Shown here: piece after piece, positions 59,875 to 64,000 of the stretch
Layout of the letters: every line of letters starts with the position of its first letter
Numbering within the stretch: the first letter of the stretch is position 1
NCBI GenBank assembly: GCA_964016885.1
Contig: OZ024755.1
Coordinates: 5,084,001-5,148,000, forward strand
Source of the DNA: Eledone cirrhosa
Taxonomy: Eukaryota
Direction: 5' to 3'
DNA length: 64,000 nt
Program-made: the position numbers and the translations under genes
Notes under the pieces: model-generated
What the model was told of the DNA's origin: nothing
Databases searched by the model: none
The model's input: only the letters and a program-made list of their open reading frames with translations

Positions 59875-60446
59875 TACATGTTACACTAGGGATAACTAGT
59901 GTCACCAGTGACGGTATGTGACTGGTACATGTTACACTAGGGATAACTAGTGTCAACAGTGACGGTATGTGACTGGTACATGTTACACTAGGGATAACTA
60001 GTGTCAACAGTGACGGTATGTGACTGGTACATGTTACACTAGGGATAACTAGTGTCACCAGTGAAGGTATGTGACTGGTACATGTTACACTAGGGATAAC
60101 TAGTGTCAACAGTGACGGTATGTGACTGGTACATGTTACACTAGGGATAACTAGTGTCAACAGTGACGGTATGTGACTGGTACATGTTACACTAGGGATA
60201 ACTAGTGTCAACAGTGACGGTATGTGACTGGTACATGTTACACTAGGGATAACTAGTGTCAACAGTGAAGGTATGTGACTGGTACATGTTACACTAGGGA
60301 TAACTAGTGTCAACAGTGAAGGTATGTGACTGGTACATGTTACACTAGGGATAACTAGTGTCACCAGTGACGGTATGTGACTGGTACATGTTACACTAGG
60401 GATAACTAGTGTCACCAGTGACGGTATGTGACTGGTACATGTTACA
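59875..60446. repeat. 51-bp minisatellite (~11 units)
   Basis: TACATGTTACACTAGGGATAACTAGTGTCAACAGTGACGGTATGTGACTGG. Confidence 0.95.
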
Positions 60447-61096
60447 CCATCAACTACAGTGTCAACAGTGGTACATGTTACACCAATAGTAACTTCAGCG
60501 TCAAAAGTGAAGGTGATTGTCAGTGTTTGGAGTCATGATCATAAGATTGTGGGTTCAATTCCTGGATTGAGTAAGACATTGTGTTCTTAAACAAGATGCT
60601 TAATTTCACATTGCTTTTCATGATAGGACTGAGGTCTCTATCATTAAAACACTCGAGAAACGCAGGAGGTGAACTAAATTTATAGAGGTGTGGGCTATAA
60701 CAATGAGATAAGAGTAGGTCCTTATCATTAAAACACCTGAGAAACGTAGGAGGCCAGGTAGACTTAGACAGGTGTGAGTTATGAGCATTACCTAAGTTAG
60801 GAGGGAACTACAAAAGACATCTTTTCCCAGGGTCAATGACTATTCCTCTGCATCAACAGAGAAAGGAGTACAAAAATATAAGAATAAAGGGTGATAGGCT
60901 GAAGCACAGAAATGCTATAAAGATAACTCATAAAATAGGGTGAAAACCCCTAAAAGGCGGAAACAGTTGCTGTCGGCAACTATAAGGGTGTTCACCTTAT
61001 TTCATAAGCTATCTTTAGAGGATTTCTGCACTAACTTCACTTTGCAATGACATGGTTTGGGAGCTTTGTTCATTCCCCACTGTCATACACATACAA

Positions 61097-61447
61097 TCTC
61101 TTCCTCTCTCTCACACAGTCTCTCTCTCTTTCTCAGTCTCTCTCTCTTTCTCACAGTCTCTCTCTTTCTCACAGTCTCTCTCTTTCTCACAGTCTCTCTC
61201 TTTCTCAGTCTCTCTCTCACACAGTCTCTCTCTCTCACAGTCTCTCTCTCTCACAGTCTCTCTCTCTCTCTCACAGTCTCTCTTTCTCACAGTCTCTCTT
61301 TCTCACAGTCTCTCTCTCACACAGTCTCTCTCTCTCTCACAGTCCCTCTCTCTCTCACAGTCCCTCTCTCTCTCTCACAGTCTCTCTCTCTCTCTCACAG
61401 TCTCTCTCTCTCTCTCTCACAGTCTCTCTCTCTCTCACACACACACA
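61097..61447. repeat. Compound (CT)n-CACAGT microsatellite
   Basis: CTCACAGTCTCTCTCT units. Confidence 0.92.
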
Positions 61448-61910
61448 ATGTGAGAGAAGAGAACCTGTTTAGTGTAAAACCACAACTACTAAGAAGACAG
61501 TGTAGACAGTGACATAGTAAAAATTGAAGCAGGTCTTTAGTTTTGTCAAAGGGTAAATAAAATACATGTGTGAGAACAAACTCTACAAAAGCCCCAGGAA
61601 TGCTAACTGGTAGCTTTTTTTTCCTTCCTTCATTCATTAAATGAAATATAAATAGTAACACAGGAGTCTAAATATAGATATCTCCTGTTGCTTTATAATT
61701 TAGAAATAACATCTGGACAGGGATATATCATTTCTAACTTTTATTTGGCTTTCAAGGATGAAGAAGTGGGGGGGGGGGGGGGGGGGGGGGTAATAGATGC
61801 TAGAATCAGTAGCATGTCGGACAAAATATATTGTGGTATTTAGCTACATCCCTTTATGTTCTAAAACCACCTTTCATCCTTCCTTCTAAGGTTGATGAAT
61901 CTCATATATA

Positions 61911-62353
61911 TAATAATTGTTTCTACGTTATGCACAAGGCCAGCAATTACCCCAGTGCATTACTGGTACTTTATTTTATCGACCCCCGTAACAATAATAA
62001 TAATTGTTTCTACTTTTTGGCACAAGGCCAGCAATCACCCCAGTGCATTACTGGTACTTTATTTTATCGACCCCGTAAGGATGAAAGGCAAAGCTAACCT
62101 CGGTGGGGTTTGAATTCAGAACGTAAAGGGTCATAACTCTATGCCTCGATGCATGGTGTCCGACGCTCTACCGATACTGCCAATCTACGGAATAATAATT
62201 GTTTCTACGTTAGGCACAAGGCCAGCAATTACCCCAGTACATTACTGGTACTTTATTTTATCGACCCCGTAAGGATGAAAGGCAAAGTTAACCTCGGCAG
62301 GATTTGAACTCAGAATGGCAAGGGCCGCAACTCTATGCGTCAACGCATGGCGT
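61911..62353 (-). mobile_element. Head-to-tail cluster of three SINE family A copies
   Basis: Three successive ATAATTGTTTCTAC...CACAAGGCCAGCAAT units at about 61911, 61994 and 62192. Confidence 0.82.
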
Positions 62354-62394
62354 GAAAATTATTGTGGCAAGGGCGACCCTTGTCTGCTTAATCT

Positions 62395-62566
62395 GGTCCC
62401 AGCTTCAAGAAAAAGCTAACAGACTCCCCAGTCTTGAGGTCCCAGCTTCAAGAACAAGCTAACAGACTCCCCATTCTTGAGGTCCCAGCTTCAAGAACAA
62501 GCTAACAGACTCCCCATTCTTGAGGTCCCAGCTTCAAGAACAAGCTAACAGACTCCCCATTCTTGA
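62395..62566. repeat. 43-bp tandem repeat, 4 units
   Basis: GGTCCCAGCTTCAAGAACAAGCTAACAGACTCCCCATTCTTGA x4, no spacers. Confidence 0.93.
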
Positions 62567-62684
62567 ATAAACAAATAAAGACTCACTGAAATAATTTAAA
62601 TCATGGAAAGTAATTGAAAAAACAACAAAAATTACTTGGTAACATCCTGAAAGGTAGGATTAATATAATTATAGTAATAAAGGT

Positions 62685-62858
62685 ATGTATATATATATAT
62701 ACACACAATGTATATACACAAATATATATATACACACACGTATATACACACATATATATATATATATACAGAAATGTGTATATATATATATACACACACA
62801 TACACACATATATGTATATATACACAGAAACATGTATATATATATACACAATGTATAT

Positions 62859-62891
<33 letters not shown>

Positions 62892-63235
62892 CACAAACGT
62901 GTATATATATACACACAATGTATATACACAAATATATATATACACACACGTATATACACACATATATATATATATATACAGAAATGTGTATATATATATA
63001 CACACACATACACACATATATGTATATATACACAGAAACATGTATATATATATACACAATGTATATACACACACACACATACACACACATATATATATAT
63101 ATACACAAACGTGTATATATATACACACAATGTATATACACAAATATATATACACACACATATATACACACATAATGTATATACACAAATATATATATAC
63201 ACACATATATATACACAGATACACACACATGCACA
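62685..63235. repeat. TA/CA low-complexity tract with ~210-bp higher-order duplication
   Basis: The block starting at 62701 recurs at 62911 and partly near 63123. Confidence 0.85.
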
Positions 63236-63370
63236 CATAAGTATGAAAGTGTAGAAAAGCTGTGTGTGTGTTGCTATGAGATAAATTAATTAAAATAATT
63301 TGGTTTGGTGATATGACTTCAGAGAAATGATGGTGCTGTTTACCATCTTATGTAGAGTGTATACATACAC

Positions 63371-63409
<39 letters not shown>

Positions 63410-63537
63410 CACACATACACAGATATACACACAGACAGGTGGACAGTAACTGTCTAAGAACTGACACTCACTGACCACCTGACCAACTCCTGGAAAAACA
63501 GGAGCAGATGATGGCAGTGATGATGATGATGATGATG

Positions 63538-63596
<59 letters not shown>

Positions 63597-64000
63597 TAGC
63601 GATATCTGCAAGATAACTACTTTTTCTGCACATGGCTTCTGCACAACATTATCAAAGTTTTTTCCAGATAACAGAAATTAAAATTAGCATTTGAATCATA
63701 TGTAATTCTTCTTCCACCACTACATGTTGCCGTTGTTGTTGTTGTACATTCCTTTTAGTAACATTTCCAGTTCCGGATATGACTTGCTCTATCATAATAT
63801 CTATGGAGCTGATATATTAAAGTAGGGGGGGGGGGTCTCGATGGTTGGGGTTTGTGTTGGGTTTCTCTGTTTTGGTTGCGGTTTGTGTTTTTGTCTGGTT
63901 TTGTTTGGTGTGTGTGTGTGTTTTAATGTCTGCTTGTGTATGAGTGTGTGTGTGTGTGTGTGTGTGTGTCTTTGTTTGGTTATATTTTGTTAGTGTGTTT

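Noticed and set aside
59864-60415. 183-aa mucin-like repeat ORF
   Set aside because: Translation of the 51-bp minisatellite.
61768-61791. G24 homopolymer (also 47757-47771) as a G-quadruplex element
   Set aside because: Simple homopolymer of uncertain assembled length, with no supporting context.
62395-62566. CRISPR-like regular repeats (also the 48-bp and 51-bp arrays)
   Set aside because: Units are contiguous with no unique spacers, there are no cas genes, and the context is eukaryotic.

Overview
AT-rich, intron-rich animal genomic DNA; the repeat content suggests an octopus or other coleoid cephalopod (inference). Two spliced genes converge tail-to-tail. On the + strand are 16 3' coding exons of DHTKD1 (2-oxoadipate dehydrogenase E1), 1-10214. 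On the - strand are 10 coding exons of a kindlin/fermitin (unc-112-like) gene, 12645-44847; its N-terminal F0 exons were not found and probably lie beyond the window. The introns hold a decayed DD37D (maT) Tc1/mariner transposon, two tRNA-derived SINE families, piggyBac-like and other MITEs, RTE 3' remnants and many mini/microsatellites. The best leads are: (1) Penelope-like inserts with minimal type I hammerhead ribozymes, including a 293-bp palindrome with one on each strand; (2) a ~7.6-kb polarised (TA/CATA)n tract nested with four copies of an internally deleted RTE-like element (C2H2 finger remnant) and a near-identical inverted pair of CR1-like LINE 3' ends; (3) a tandem repeat that multiplies a DHTKD1 5' splice site; (4) satellites built from a MITE terminus plus its TTAA site. 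Most long ORFs in the supplied track are microsatellite artefacts. All coordinates were read by eye, and family names are from recall, not database searches.
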